From Dehalococcoidia bacterium (lineage in GTDB: Bacteria > Chloroflexota > Dehalococcoidia > Lucifugimonadales > CATOSD01), in the NCBI GenBank assembly GCA_965204815.1, contig OZ242014.1:680532-744531 (forward strand): a stretch of 64,000 nucleotides of DNA, read 5' to 3'. Below, piece after piece: positions 55,133-64,000 of the stretch. The notes under the pieces are model-generated. The model was not told where the DNA came from. It saw nothing but the letters and a program-made list of their open reading frames with translations, and did no database searches. Numbering within the stretch: the first letter of the stretch is position 1; the number at the start of each line of letters is the position of its first letter. The position numbers and the translations under genes are program-made.

Positions 55133-55248
55133 CTTTCACCCCCATCCCCGTATCGAGTACGAGGCAGGCTCTCACCATCCCCCTGCGAGGGGGAAGGGAC
55201 CACCCTTTCACCCTCACGCTGACCCTCTCCCTCGACGGGAGAGGGGCC
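55133..55248 (+). repeat. REP-like hairpin elements, composite (two to three hairpins)
   Basis: catccccctgcgagggggaagggac and ccctctccctcgacgggagaggg. Confidence 0.8.
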
Positions 55249-55265
55249 CAGCTTTCGCGCCTGCG

Positions 55266-57608
55266 CTACTTGTTTATGAGCCGCCAGACCTTTTCGGGCT
55301 TGGCGGGCATGTCGAGGTGGCGGACGCCGAAGGGCGACAGCGCGTCGACCACGGCGTTGATGACCGCGGGGGAGGCGGCGATGGTGCCGGTCTCGCCCGC
55401 GCCCTTCACGCCGAGCGGGTTGGCAGGCGACGGCGTGGTCGTGCGCCCGGTCTCGAACGAGGGCAGGTTCTCGGCCTTGGGGATGGCGTAGTCCAGCATG
55501 CTGCCGGTGATGAGTTGGGCGTCGGCGTCGTAGATGCCTTCCTCCAGCAGCGCCTGGCCGATGCCCTGCGCGACTCCGCCGTGCACCATGCCGTCCACTA
55601 TCATCGGGTTGATCACGTTACCCACGTCGTCCACGGCCACGTAGCGCAGCACCTGGGTGTCACCGGTGTCGGCGTCGACCTCCACCATGCAGATGTGGGT
55701 GCCGAACGGCCAGGTGAAGTTCTGCGGGTCAAATATGCTCGTGGCCTCGAGGCCGGGCTCCAGTCCCTCGGGAAGGCCGTCGTACCAGTACGACGCGAGC
55801 GCGATCTCCTGGAAGGTCTTGGCCTCGGCGGGCGCGCCCTGCACGAACAGCTTGCCGTCCTCGTACACGACGTCCTCGGGCGCGGCCTCCAGCAGATGGG
55901 CGGCTATGCGCCTGGCCTTGTCCTTGATTTTGTCGGCGCTCATGTGGATGGCGGTGCCGCCGACGACCGCGCTGCGGCTGCCGAACGTTCCCGTGCCCTG
56001 CTGCACCTGCGCGGTGTCGCTCTCGACGACCTCGACGTCCTCGACCGGGATGCCGAACTCGGAGGCGGCGAGCTGGGCGAAGGTGGTCTCGTGGCCCTGG
56101 CCGTGTCCGGACGAGCCGCTGTAGACGGTTACCTTGCCTGTGGGGTGCACGCGGACGAGGGCGCTCTCCCAGACGCCGGCCCTGGCGCCCAGGGCGTAGG
56201 CGACGGCGGACGGCGCCATGCCGCATATTTCGACGTAGGTGGACAGGCCGACGCCCAGGTAGCGGCCCTGCTTGCGGGCCTCCTCCTGCTCCTTGCGGAA
56301 GTCGTCGTAGCCGATCATGCCCAGCGCCTTGTCGAGCGCGGCCTCGTAGTCGCCGCTGTCGTAGATGACGCCGGTGGCGACCTCGTGGCCGTCCTCGAAG
56401 GCGGGAATGAGGTTCTTCCTGCGGACCTCCGCCGGGTCCATGCCTATCTCGGCGGCGAACAGGTCGAGCATCCGCTCGACGATGTAGGTGGCCTCGGGGC
56501 GGCCCGCACCACGGTAGGCGTCCACGGGCGTGGTGTGGGTGAACACGCCTATCACTTTGCACTGTATGTTCGGGATGGTGTACGGGCCTACGAGCATAAG
56601 CCCGAACAGGTAGGTGGGGATCGCCGGCGCGAAAGTGGACAGGTACGCGCCCATGTTGGCGTACACGGTACCGCTCAGTCCGGTTATCGTGCCGTCGCGG
56701 TTGCCGGTTATCTCCCAGTCTCCGATGTGGTCGCGTCCGTGGGTGGTGGCGAGATAGTTCTCCTGGCGGCCCTCGATCCACTTGATGGGCTTGGCGAGGT
56801 CCTTGGCTATGACGAAGGCGATGACCTCTTCGGCGTACAGGTAGAGCTTGCTGCCGAAGCCGCCGCCCACGTCGGGCGAGATGACGCGGATCTGGTGCTC
56901 GGGGTGGCCGGTGACCAGCGCGAGCAGCAGCCGCACGAGGTGGGGAATCTGCGACGAGGTCCAGAGCGTGACCTGGTTGGTGCCCGGGTTGAAGTCGGCG
57001 ATGACCGCCCGGCCCTCCATCGAGTTGGGGATGAGGCGCTGGTTGACGATGCGCTGGGAGACGCGCACCTCGGAGTCCGAAGCCGCCTGTGCGACGTCGC
57101 CGCCACCGACCTCCCACTCGAAGCCGATGTTGTTCTCGACCTCTTCGTGCACCAACGGGGCGCCGTCCTTGGTGGCCTCCTCGGCGTTCGCGACGGCGTC
57201 CAGCGGCTCGTAGTCAACGTCCACCAGTTCCGCGGCGTCGGCGGCTGCAGCCGCGTCGGTGGCGACCACGGCCGCGACCGCGTCGCCCACGCAGCGCACC
57301 TTGCCGACTGCGAGCGGCGGATGGGGCACCTCCTTGGTGTCCGGCACCACCCAGCCGCAGATGAGGCTGCCGAGCTGGTCGGCGAGCTGTTCGCCGGTGT
57401 AGACGGCCACCACGCCGTCGGCGGCTTCGGCGGCGGAAGTGTCCACTCCGTTGATGTTGGCGTGGGCGTAGGGGCTCCGCACCAGCGCGAGGTGCAGCAT
57501 GCCCACCATCTTGATGTCGTCGACGTAGGTGCCCTGGCCGGAAATGAGCCTGGGGTCTTCACGCCGCTTGATGCTCGCGCCGAAAGGGGAAGTGGTCGAA
57601 GTGGTCAT
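55266..57608 (-). CDS. xanthine dehydrogenase-family molybdopterin subunit, form-II CoxL-like
   Basis: 780 aa. The active-site loop AYRGAGR matches the form-II/CoxL-like signature rather than VAYRCSFR of bona fide CO dehydrogenase. GAGETG lies near the C-terminus. Confidence 0.85.
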   Translation of the reverse strand: MTTSTTSPFGASIKRREDPRLISGQGTYVDDIKMVGMLHLALVRSPYAHANINGVDTSAAEAADGVVAVYTGEQLADQLGSLICGWVVPDTKEVPHPPLAVGKVRCVGDAVAAVVATDAAAAADAAELVDVDYEPLDAVANAEEATKDGAPLVHEEVENNIGFEWEVGGGDVAQAASDSEVRVSQRIVNQRLIPNSMEGRAVIADFNPGTNQVTLWTSSQIPHLVRLLLALVTGHPEHQIRVISPDVGGGFGSKLYLYAEEVIAFVIAKDLAKPIKWIEGRQENYLATTHGRDHIGDWEITGNRDGTITGLSGTVYANMGAYLSTFAPAIPTYLFGLMLVGPYTIPNIQCKVIGVFTHTTPVDAYRGAGRPEATYIVERMLDLFAAEIGMDPAEVRRKNLIPAFEDGHEVATGVIYDSGDYEAALDKALGMIGYDDFRKEQEEARKQGRYLGVGLSTYVEICGMAPSAVAYALGARAGVWESALVRVHPTGKVTVYSGSSGHGQGHETTFAQLAASEFGIPVEDVEVVESDTAQVQQGTGTFGSRSAVVGGTAIHMSADKIKDKARRIAAHLLEAAPEDVVYEDGKLFVQGAPAEAKTFQEIALASYWYDGLPEGLEPGLEATSIFDPQNFTWPFGTHICMVEVDADTGDTQVLRYVAVDDVGNVINPMIVDGMVHGGVAQGIGQALLEEGIYDADAQLITGSMLDYAIPKAENLPSFETGRTTTPSPANPLGVKGAGETGTIAASPAVINAVVDALSPFGVRHLDMPAKPEKVWRLINK

Positions 57609-57800
57609 GACGTCCTCCTTGCTGAGCCTGTGCAGTCAATCGTGACACGAACCGAGGAGCCGCTCGACGCTGGCTGGCGAACCGCCACCGAAGAAGGAAG
57701 AAAAAGCCCCCGGTCGTGTAGCTTGACACTGTATCGCACCGCGCCATTCAAGGCAAGCCGGCCCCGGCGCCTGAGCCTGTGTCAGCCTGGAGCCTGTCCG

Positions 57801-57845
57801 ATAAGTCCCTTCCCCCTTGACGGGGGAAGGTTAGGATGGGGGTGA
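57801..57845 (-). repeat. REP-like hairpin element, copy (reverse orientation)
   Basis: gtcccttcccccttgacgggggaaggttaggatgggggtga. Confidence 0.9.
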
Positions 57846-57995
57846 TGAACGGCGGCACGGTGGTTGAGCAGGCCGCCGCTGGAGGAGATCGCCGACAGCC
57901 ACTGGGTGGCCTGCTACAACACCATCGCCTACGACTAGCGCGCGGTGTTGGGGCGCCTCAAATGTCCCCTCTCCCTTGACGGGGGAACGTTGGCG

Positions 57996-58139
57996 TCAAT
58001 GAAGGCCGCCGGGCTCGTGGGCGGCCTCCAACTCGCCGGAGAGGGTGTCCGGGTCAGGCGGGTCCTCCACGTTCAACCCTATCAACCGCTCAATCGCCTG
58101 CCTCCGGCGCGCACGGACGATGTCCTCAATAGGCGTCAT
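57996..58139 (-). CDS. possible 47-aa ORF overlapping the RHH gene stop
   Basis: MTPIEDIVRARRRQAIERLIGLNVEDPPDPDTLSGELEAAHEPGGLH. It is below the ORF-track cutoff and is weakly supported. Confidence 0.25.
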   Translation of the reverse strand: MTPIEDIVRARRRQAIERLIGLNVEDPPDPDTLSGELEAAHEPGGLH

Positions 58140-58245
58140 CGATCAGGCATCGCACCACGTCGGAGATGGGGATGCCTCTCTCTTCGACAAGCTCCTCCAG
58201 CCGGCGCCGGCGCTCCGCGTCGAGCCGCACGTCCAGACGCGCCAT
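58126..58245 (-). CDS. possible 39-aa ribbon-helix-helix (CopG-like) protein
   Basis: MARLDVRLDAERRRRLEELVEERGIPISDVVRCLIDDAY shows the typical beta-strand + two-helix RHH pattern. Confidence 0.35.
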   Translation of the reverse strand: MARLDVRLDAERRRRLEELVEERGIPISDVVRCLIDDAY

Positions 58246-58331
58246 CTCATCCTCCCTGTACGGATAGCAGTGTGCGGAACCCAGTATGCGGCGGGCGACT
58301 CCCCTCTGTCAATATCCGGCCGCGGGGCGAG

Positions 58332-58454
58332 CAGGGCCTTTCGATTATCGTGCCGCTGCGACGTTTTCTCGCCTTGTCATGCTGAGCCTGTCGAAGCATC
58401 TTAGACCCTTCGGCTACGCTCAGGGTGGCAGAAGGGGACAATCGAAAGGCCCTG
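58332..58454. mobile_element. MITE-like structured element with 15-bp terminal inverted repeats
   Basis: CAGGGCCTTTCGATT (58332-58346) pairs with AATCGAAAGGCCCTG (58440-58454). The interior contains the gtcatgctgagcctgtcgaagcatc motif. Confidence 0.5.
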
Positions 58455-58686
58455 GAAAATTGCGCGATGATGTGGCGCGCGCGGCGCCTCTTCTGCTATA
58501 CTGGCCGACGTGCCCGGACGCTATTGATACTGCATATCGATAGGAAATAGAATCCGGCGGCGTTTACGGGCATCCGGAGCGTAAGTTCGCGGCCCGTTTT
58601 CGCCTTAAAATGATATGTTATCTCATACCATCAGCCGGACGGCCACGCGCGCGACACCATCGCGCAACGGGAGGAACTCGAGCCCC

Positions 58687-61600
58687 ATGATCGACGCCAT
58701 TCGCAACGCAACCCGCACATTCACGCCCTCCGCCCGGCGGGGCCTGGTCCTCGCCGCCCTCGCCGTCGCCATGCTGGCGGCGTTCCTCGCCCCCCCCCCC
58801 CCCGCGCGCATGCCCAGGAACTGCCGCCCATCGCTGATGTTCGAGACCTGTCGGTTAGATTTGATGTCGAGACCGGCAATGATCTTTACGTCTATGTTCA
58901 AAATCACTCCACCGTTCCAATGCGGAACGTGCAGGTCAGGCTGACAACCGACCCGCCGGAAGCGCGGGCAAATCTGCGAGCTAACCCGGAGCTATACGAC
59001 TCCTCCAGCGGCATAATCACATTTCCCGAATTAAGCGCTAGTGCTTATCGGGGTGACACTACAGCTAAGGGTCAAATTTGGTATCGATCCGGACACAGAA
59101 GAGTTGTCAAGGTTCGCGCCGAAATCATCGGTTCGGTGCCGGCTGAAGACTCGACGAAACTCGACAATAACCAGGCGGAGTTATGGGTTAATTTCACTGC
59201 CACTCTTGGAGAGCACAAGGTTCGTTCCAATACCTCTATCTCCGCGGAAGTGGTCAACCGGTCGCCGGCGCAAGGCGAAAATCATGCTTTCAGAGTGAGA
59301 GCGTCCGAAGTAACCTCTCTCGATACGGAGACCAAAAATTACGACGAGGACGTGGCGGTGAAGGTCGAGCTTTCGGAGGGGCTGGCCTTCGCCCCGGGCC
59401 ACAGCGCGGAGCCGGGCACCCGCTTTTCCCGGATTTCCGAGACCGCCGGCGTCTGGCGTCTCGGCGACGGGGCACGGGTAACCGGCGAGTTGACAATTCC
59501 GGTACAGTTGTCCGCCGGCGATGCGCCGCCGCTGAATCGCCGGTGCCTGTCCGCCCAGATCGTGGGCGGCAGGCCCCCGGCCACGGCACATGAACACGGG
59601 AAGGTGCATACCGAGTGCCTTGGGGCGCCAAAGCCTGTGATTGTCTCCGATGGCGACGTGGATATAACAGTCACATCATGCAATGCTCCAGTGGTCTATC
59701 CCTGTAGGGAGCGTGATGGAACCGTGACCTTGGTAGCGAGAGTCCGGGCCCCCCAAGGCCACCAGGATTACCGGCCGGAGGACGTGATCTTCCTGGTGGA
59801 CCCAGTGGAGCATCAGAGTGCCGGCACACTTGGCGACGTAACCTGGTCGTGGTCAACCGGACAAACCCTGGCAGCCGGACATGGACAGACTGCGTATGAC
59901 CATAGTTTGCCGGGTGTGAGGCTCACCTTTTATCTACCAAGAAACACCGTCGGTAGAGACCGCAAGTGGACAATCGGCGACGTCGTCACTCCACACGAGA
60001 GGCCAGGAACGATCGCCATAATGGCCCGCTATGGTAGCGGCCCGACTCTGGTTGAAGCATTGAATCCCGACAAAGATGATAAGTTGACTAATGATATAAG
60101 TAGGCATGCGGTAACTGTCGCATATAGACGAATCGTCGTATTCAGCGACCCCGGCCTGTACAAAGTCAACTTTGGGTCAGGGTGGACTCGCATATCTGAC
60201 GGTGAAGAGCTCTCGGCGACCTCCACCCTGACCTTTGTCGTGGGCGACGTCGCGGACCTGCAGGTGCATGACGCGGGCCTGCACGCCACGCTTCCCCGCG
60301 GCCAGCGGGCGTACACGCTGCGCGCCGAGAACAACCTGGAGAGGACCGCTGAGCTGGTCGAGGTGGCGCTGACCGGCGTGCCCCGGGGGGCGAAGGCGGA
60401 AGTGAGCGAGGACGGCGGCCGCTACGAGCGGGGCGTCTGCGACGCGAACGGCCTCTGCTCAGGCATCTGGAAAATCGGCGACCTGGAGGGCCGGGAGGAG
60501 CGATACCTCAGCGGCCGCAGCGACGGGCCGACGCTGACCCTGCTGGTGGACGGCGACCCTGACCCCATCACCGCGACCATTACCAGCGAGCAGACCACCA
60601 GGGTGACCGCCGGGGGGCAAACCCACACCATCAGGACAGCGGTCCTCGACGAGTCCATCAGCAAGGACGTGAGCGTCGCCGTGGGAACGGGCCGCGGGGA
60701 GCGTGATCCCGACGCGCTCCAATCCCTGCGGGTGGAGAAGTACGGCTCCATCGCGGTGCTGCGGTGGGAGCCGCCGGAGGACGGGAAGGTGGGCCGCTGG
60801 CCGGTGTCCCACTACGAGCTGGAGCGCAACCGCCGGCTGGTGGAATCCGATCTGCGGGAAACGCTCTACGTGGACCTGCGCAGCGGCTCCGGCCGCACCA
60901 CCTACCGGGTGCGGGCGGTGTCTGACCAGGGCGTGCCCGGGCCGTGGTTGTCGTCAGCGGAAACGGCGGGGCTGGGCGCGCCCACGGGCCTGACCGCCGC
61001 GCCGGGCCGGGGCGAGGACCACGTCGCCCTTAGCTGGTTCGCGCCGTCCGAGGAGGGCGGCCTGAGCTACCGCATCGAGTACGCCTTCGACGGCGCCGGC
61101 CCCTGGCTGACGCTGAGGAGCCAGGGCGGCACCACCTATTCCCACACCGGCCTGCGCCAGGGCACCACCTACTTCTACCGCGTGGCTGCGGCGCAGGGCG
61201 GCGTCGTCAGCCCCTGGGCATACGCCCAGGCGACCACGGACAACCTGGGCGTCAACGCGCCCGGCTGGCCGGAGAACCTGCGGTTCACCAGGGTGGACCG
61301 CACCGCGGTGACCCTGGCCTGGGACCCGCCGTTCGATGACGGCGGCAGCCGGGTGACGGGCTACGAGTACCGCGTGTTCGGCCCCTGCGCGTCCGGCTCC
61401 GACGCGGTGTGCGACATCGTCGCGCCCAGGCGGGTGAGCGGAACGTCAGTGAGCATCTCCGGGCTGAACCGGGAGGGGACGTACCAGTTCGAGGTGCGCG
61501 TGCTGAACGCGGCGGGCGCCGGGGAGTGGTCCCTGTCCATCGACAAGGAGGTCGGCCCGGCCGCCCTCTGGCGGGTCGTCATCCCCGCGCGGCTGACGGT

Positions 61601-62006
61601 GCGCGAGGGCGGCGAGGCCACCTACCGGGTGCAGCTGAACCGGAGTCCTGACCTGCCGGTGGCGGTGTTCCTGCACTGGATGGGGGACGAGGACCTGGGC
61701 GGCAATCTGCCGTCCCAGCAGGGCCAGCTCCTGCTGCCCAACGGCTACGACCTCACCAAGCTGTCGGAGGACTGCTTCGGCTACAACTACCAGGACGCGG
61801 CGAGGGCCTACCGCTGGAACGTGGGCGTGCCCATCACGGTGACGGCCGCGGAGGACGACGACTCCGAGCACGGAAAGCTGACCATCAGGCACGACGTCGG
61901 GACGGTGCCGGAGTCGTGCTTTGAGACCGCCCCGGCCGATTACGAGTCCAAGTCGTTCGAGGTATACGACCTCGCCCTGGAGGTTACCGAGCGGGACAAC
62001 GATTAG
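58687..62006 (+). pseudogene. large secreted FN3-repeat surface protein, frame-disrupted at a poly-C tract (phase-off allele, pseudogene, or assembly error)
   Basis: The signal peptide MIDAIRNATRTFTPSARRGLVLAALAVAMLAAFLAPPPP is in frame 1. The body is in frame 3, open from the tract (..RAHAQELPPIADV..) to 62006. It has at least 3 FN3 modules (e.g. LSWFAPSEEGGLSYRIEY...YFYRV). Confidence 0.7.
58790..58803 (+). repeat. homopolymeric C14 tract
   Basis: There are 14 consecutive C. A tract of 15 or 12 C would put the signal peptide and body in one frame. Confidence 0.95.
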
Positions 62007-62120
62007 TGGCGAGTGGTTAGTGGGCGGCGGCCGGTGGCCGTCGCCCGGCCAACCCACTTTGACATCACCCGCACGTGTGTGCTACGCTTTCCTCAACAAA
62101 GGACCGACCTGCCACGCCGG

Positions 62121-62176
62121 TAGTCCCTTCCCCCTTGATTTGGGAAGAGCCTGCCCTGATTCTGCCGAACAGGTTA
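62121..62176 (-). repeat. REP-like hairpin element, long variant, truncated by IS insertion
   Basis: gtcccttcccccttgatttgggaagagcctgccctgattctgccgaacaggtta. The expected ...aggatgggggtga end is replaced by the IS. Confidence 0.75.
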
Positions 62177-62984
62177 GGTAGTGTTGACATTTCATCTTAG
62201 CCATATGAGAGCGCCGACGAAGTGGAGAAATCCAAGGTATCTATCCGCCAGCTTGTCGAATCGGGAGAAGATGTGGCGGTAGTGCTTGATCTTGCCTATG
62301 AAGCACTCAACGAGATGCCGCTCCCGGTACAGATACTCATCGTATGAGGGTGGCTCCCTGCGGTTCGAGCGAGGCGGGATCACCGGGGTAGCCTCGTTGC
62401 CGATGATCGACTCACGAAACTGACGGGAGTCATATGCGCGGTCTGCAATCACATACTCGCTCTCCATACCCCACACGAGCGCCTCGGCCTGAGTGACATC
62501 GTGCTCCTGTCCTGCGGTCAGCGTATACCTCAAGGGATTGCCGAGGCCATCGACAGCCACGTGGACCTTCGTAGTGAACCCACCTCGGCTTCGACCGAGG
62601 GCTTGAGATGCTTGACCACCCTTTTTTTGGGTGCGCCCGCAGCCGAATGATGGGCCCGGACTATGGTACTGTCGATTATCAGGTGCTCCATGTCAGGATC
62701 ATCGGCGAAATGCTGATGCATTCGCTCCCATACTCCGTTCTCACACCATCGGCCGAACCGCTTGTAGACGCTGTTCCATTTCCCATACTCGGAAGGCAGT
62801 AGCCTCCATGACGCGCCAGACCTGCTCATCCACATGATAGCCTCGATGAACCGCTCACAGTCGGCCTCCTGTCCGACATACACGTCTGGCTGGCTACGAA
62901 GGAACTCCAACACCCGTGACCATTGCTCTGGAGATAGGTTAACTGTTGACATATACCCAGTATAATGCAAATGTCAACACTACC
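62177..62984 (-). mobile_element. IS5-family insertion sequence (two-ORF, -1 frameshift type), apparently intact
   Basis: Perfect 16-bp terminal inverted repeats GGTAGTGTTGACATTT (62177-62192 and 62969-62984) are flanked by a TA/TA duplication (62175-76 and 62985-86). Confidence 0.9.
62192..62952 (-). CDS. IS5-family DDE transposase (orfA-orfB fusion via -1 frameshift at A7G)
   Basis: orfA reads MSTVNLSPEQW...WRLLPSEYGKWNSVYKRF. The slippery AAAAAAAG is at 62622-62629 (minus strand). After a -1 slip the frame reads KKGGQASQALGRSRGGFTTKVHVAVD, then GQEHD...ADRAYDS...RHLVECFIGKIK. Confidence 0.9.
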
Positions 62985-63339
62985 TAGTGCCTACCCCGTG
63001 CTTGATACGGGGACTGGGGGTCAACTGCCCCCGGCGCGCCTGTGTCATTCCTGCGACCTTCCGCGGCATTAGCACCTGTTATCGTGCTCCCAGGCGCCCC
63101 CGGCCATGCCCCGCCGGCGCTCCGTCCAGCTACGAAATGTCCCCAAAAGTCCCCGTTTGACACACATTTCGCCAAGCTCCCGGCAACCTTCCCAGCTACG
63201 AATATAGAGTCACGGCGAATTCACATTTCCTTTACAATACTGTGATAGCGTTGAGCGAGTCGTCCGTAGACTCCTCGGAAGAATGACTACTGAAGCGCAC
63301 GATTCGGACGGCGGTTTTCGTCAATTCGGCAGGAGGTAT

Positions 63340-64000
63340 ATGGGCAGCATCGTGAGAAGATCGCTGGGCGCGCTGAAGAGGCTGCTCCGCTGGCGCACAG
63401 TTCTGGTCGCGGTGTTTGTGCTGGTGGCCATCGCCGTGGGCTACGGTGTGTACACGCTGCTGGGCGGCTCATCGCAGACCGCGTTGGAGGAGAACCAGCG
63501 CGAGCTTCCCGTGCGGATGGGAGTGCTGACCAGGGAGATCTCAATCGACGGCAGCATCGTGTTTCCGGAGAAGGAGACGCTGACGTTCGCGTCTCGCGGA
63601 TTCGTCGATGAAATCCTGGTCAGTGAAGGCGAGGAAGTGAAGGCGGGCCAAACACTCGCGAGGCTGGACGCCGAGAGCGTTGCCGCGCTGCGCCAGGCCG
63701 CCGCCCAGGCGGAACTGGATTTGCTGAAAGCGCGAGACGACCTCGCCGCCACCGAGAATCCCACGCTGCTGCTTGCGGAATCGAGGCAGGCGGTGTTGGA
63801 CGCCAGGGCAGCGTTGCAGGCAGCACAGCGGGAACTGGACACGCTGCTCGACCCCCCGGCTCACGCGCTGGCGCAGGCCAGGGCAGCGGTGTTGGACGCG
63901 AGGGTAGCGCTGCAAGCAGCACAGCGGGAACTGGACACGCTGCTCGACCCCCCGGCTCACGCGCTGGCGCAGGCCAGGGCAGCGGTGTTGGACGCGAGGG
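63340..64000 (+). CDS. efflux-pump periplasmic adaptor (HlyD/MFP family), 3' end outside window
   Basis: This ORF is not in the ORF track because it runs off the window. It has ATG after AGGAGG, an N-terminal TM anchor, a lipoyl-like hairpin ITFASRGFVDEILVSEGEEVKAGQTLARLD, then coiled-coil repeats. Confidence 0.75.
   Translation, partial: MGSIVRRSLGALKRLLRWRTVLVAVFVLVAIAVGYGVYTLLGGSSQTALEENQRELPVRMGVLTREISIDGSIVFPEKETLTFASRGFVDEILVSEGEEVKAGQTLARLDAESVAALRQAAAQAELDLLKARDDLAATENPTLLLAESRQAVLDARAALQAAQRELDTLLDPPAHALAQARAAVLDARVALQAAQRELDTLLDPPAHALAQARAAVLDAR
63763..64000 (+). repeat. in-frame 96-bp (32-codon) tandem repeat in the adaptor coiled-coil
   Basis: 63841-63936 is repeated exactly from 63937 to the window end. 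A diverged 78-bp copy precedes it. Confidence 0.85.

Noticed and set aside
55083-57845. 920-aa ORF on the + strand, together with other very long ORFs: 38583-40967(-), 11742-13439(-), 44093-45595(-), 13154-14545(-), 14356-15465(+), 52531-53769(-), 30202-31395(-), 9067-10224(-)
   Set aside because: Each lies antisense to or out of frame with a gene that has clear family motifs. Their translations are Arg/Pro/Gly/His-rich and low-complexity, as expected for stop-poor alternative frames in ~70% GC DNA.
58615-58944. 109-aa ORF as an independent small secreted protein
   Set aside because: After the poly-C tract its sequence (ARMPRNCRPSLMFETCRLDLMSRPAMIF...) is the out-of-frame reading of the large gene. 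Only its first ~40 residues from ATG 58687 (the signal peptide) look genuine.

Overview
This is a 64-kb GC-rich bacterial chromosomal segment. Most metabolic genes are about 65-75% GC in the lines I sampled, and several patches are about 40-57%. I call about 70 protein genes, one tRNA-Gly(CCC) and one intact IS5-family insertion sequence. There are also at least three families of short dispersed repeats and one pair of ~0.5-kb inverted non-coding repeats.

The gene content is that of an aerobic heterotroph:
- two CaiB-type CoA-transferases
- enoyl-CoA hydratase, acyl-CoA dehydrogenase and thiolase
- an LLM/F420-type oxidoreductase
- a form-II CoxL-like molybdenum hydroxylase plus CoxG and a CoxE-like VWA protein
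- formamidase
- riboflavin genes split into ribE-ribBA-ribH and crcB-dcd-ribD
- thrC, trxB and selB

This content, together with the Gly/Pro-coding REP hairpins, is compatible with a Chloroflexota (SAR202-like) genome, but that is inference only.

The accessory and unusual content is:
1. A five-gene cluster at 48.6-52.1 kb. It encodes a DExRH diiron protein, a paralog lacking the glutamate ligands, two SCP2-like proteins and a zinc-ribbon protein, with no electron-transfer partner. I consider this the best candidate for an undescribed system.
2. A nurA ... herA locus at 39.6-45.1 kb, interrupted by toxin-antitoxin-like genes and carrying an extra stand-alone HerA N-terminal-barrel gene.
3. A ~1,100-codon secreted FN3-rich protein whose signal peptide is separated from its body by a 14-C homopolymer frameshift.
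4. Tandem paralogous lipoproteins, one with plant-type LRR and FN3 domains, divergent from an orphan Dam-like methyltransferase.
5. A ~92%-identical inverted non-coding repeat placed in front of two convergent operons at 7.1-18.5 kb.
6. Three PaREP1/HEPN-like paralogs, a low-GC NYN + HsdR_N nuclease pair, and a truncated SNF2-like helicase at the left edge.
7. At least six toxin-antitoxin-type modules.

All calls rest on reading the translated ORFs and the nucleotide sequence by eye. No database search was run.
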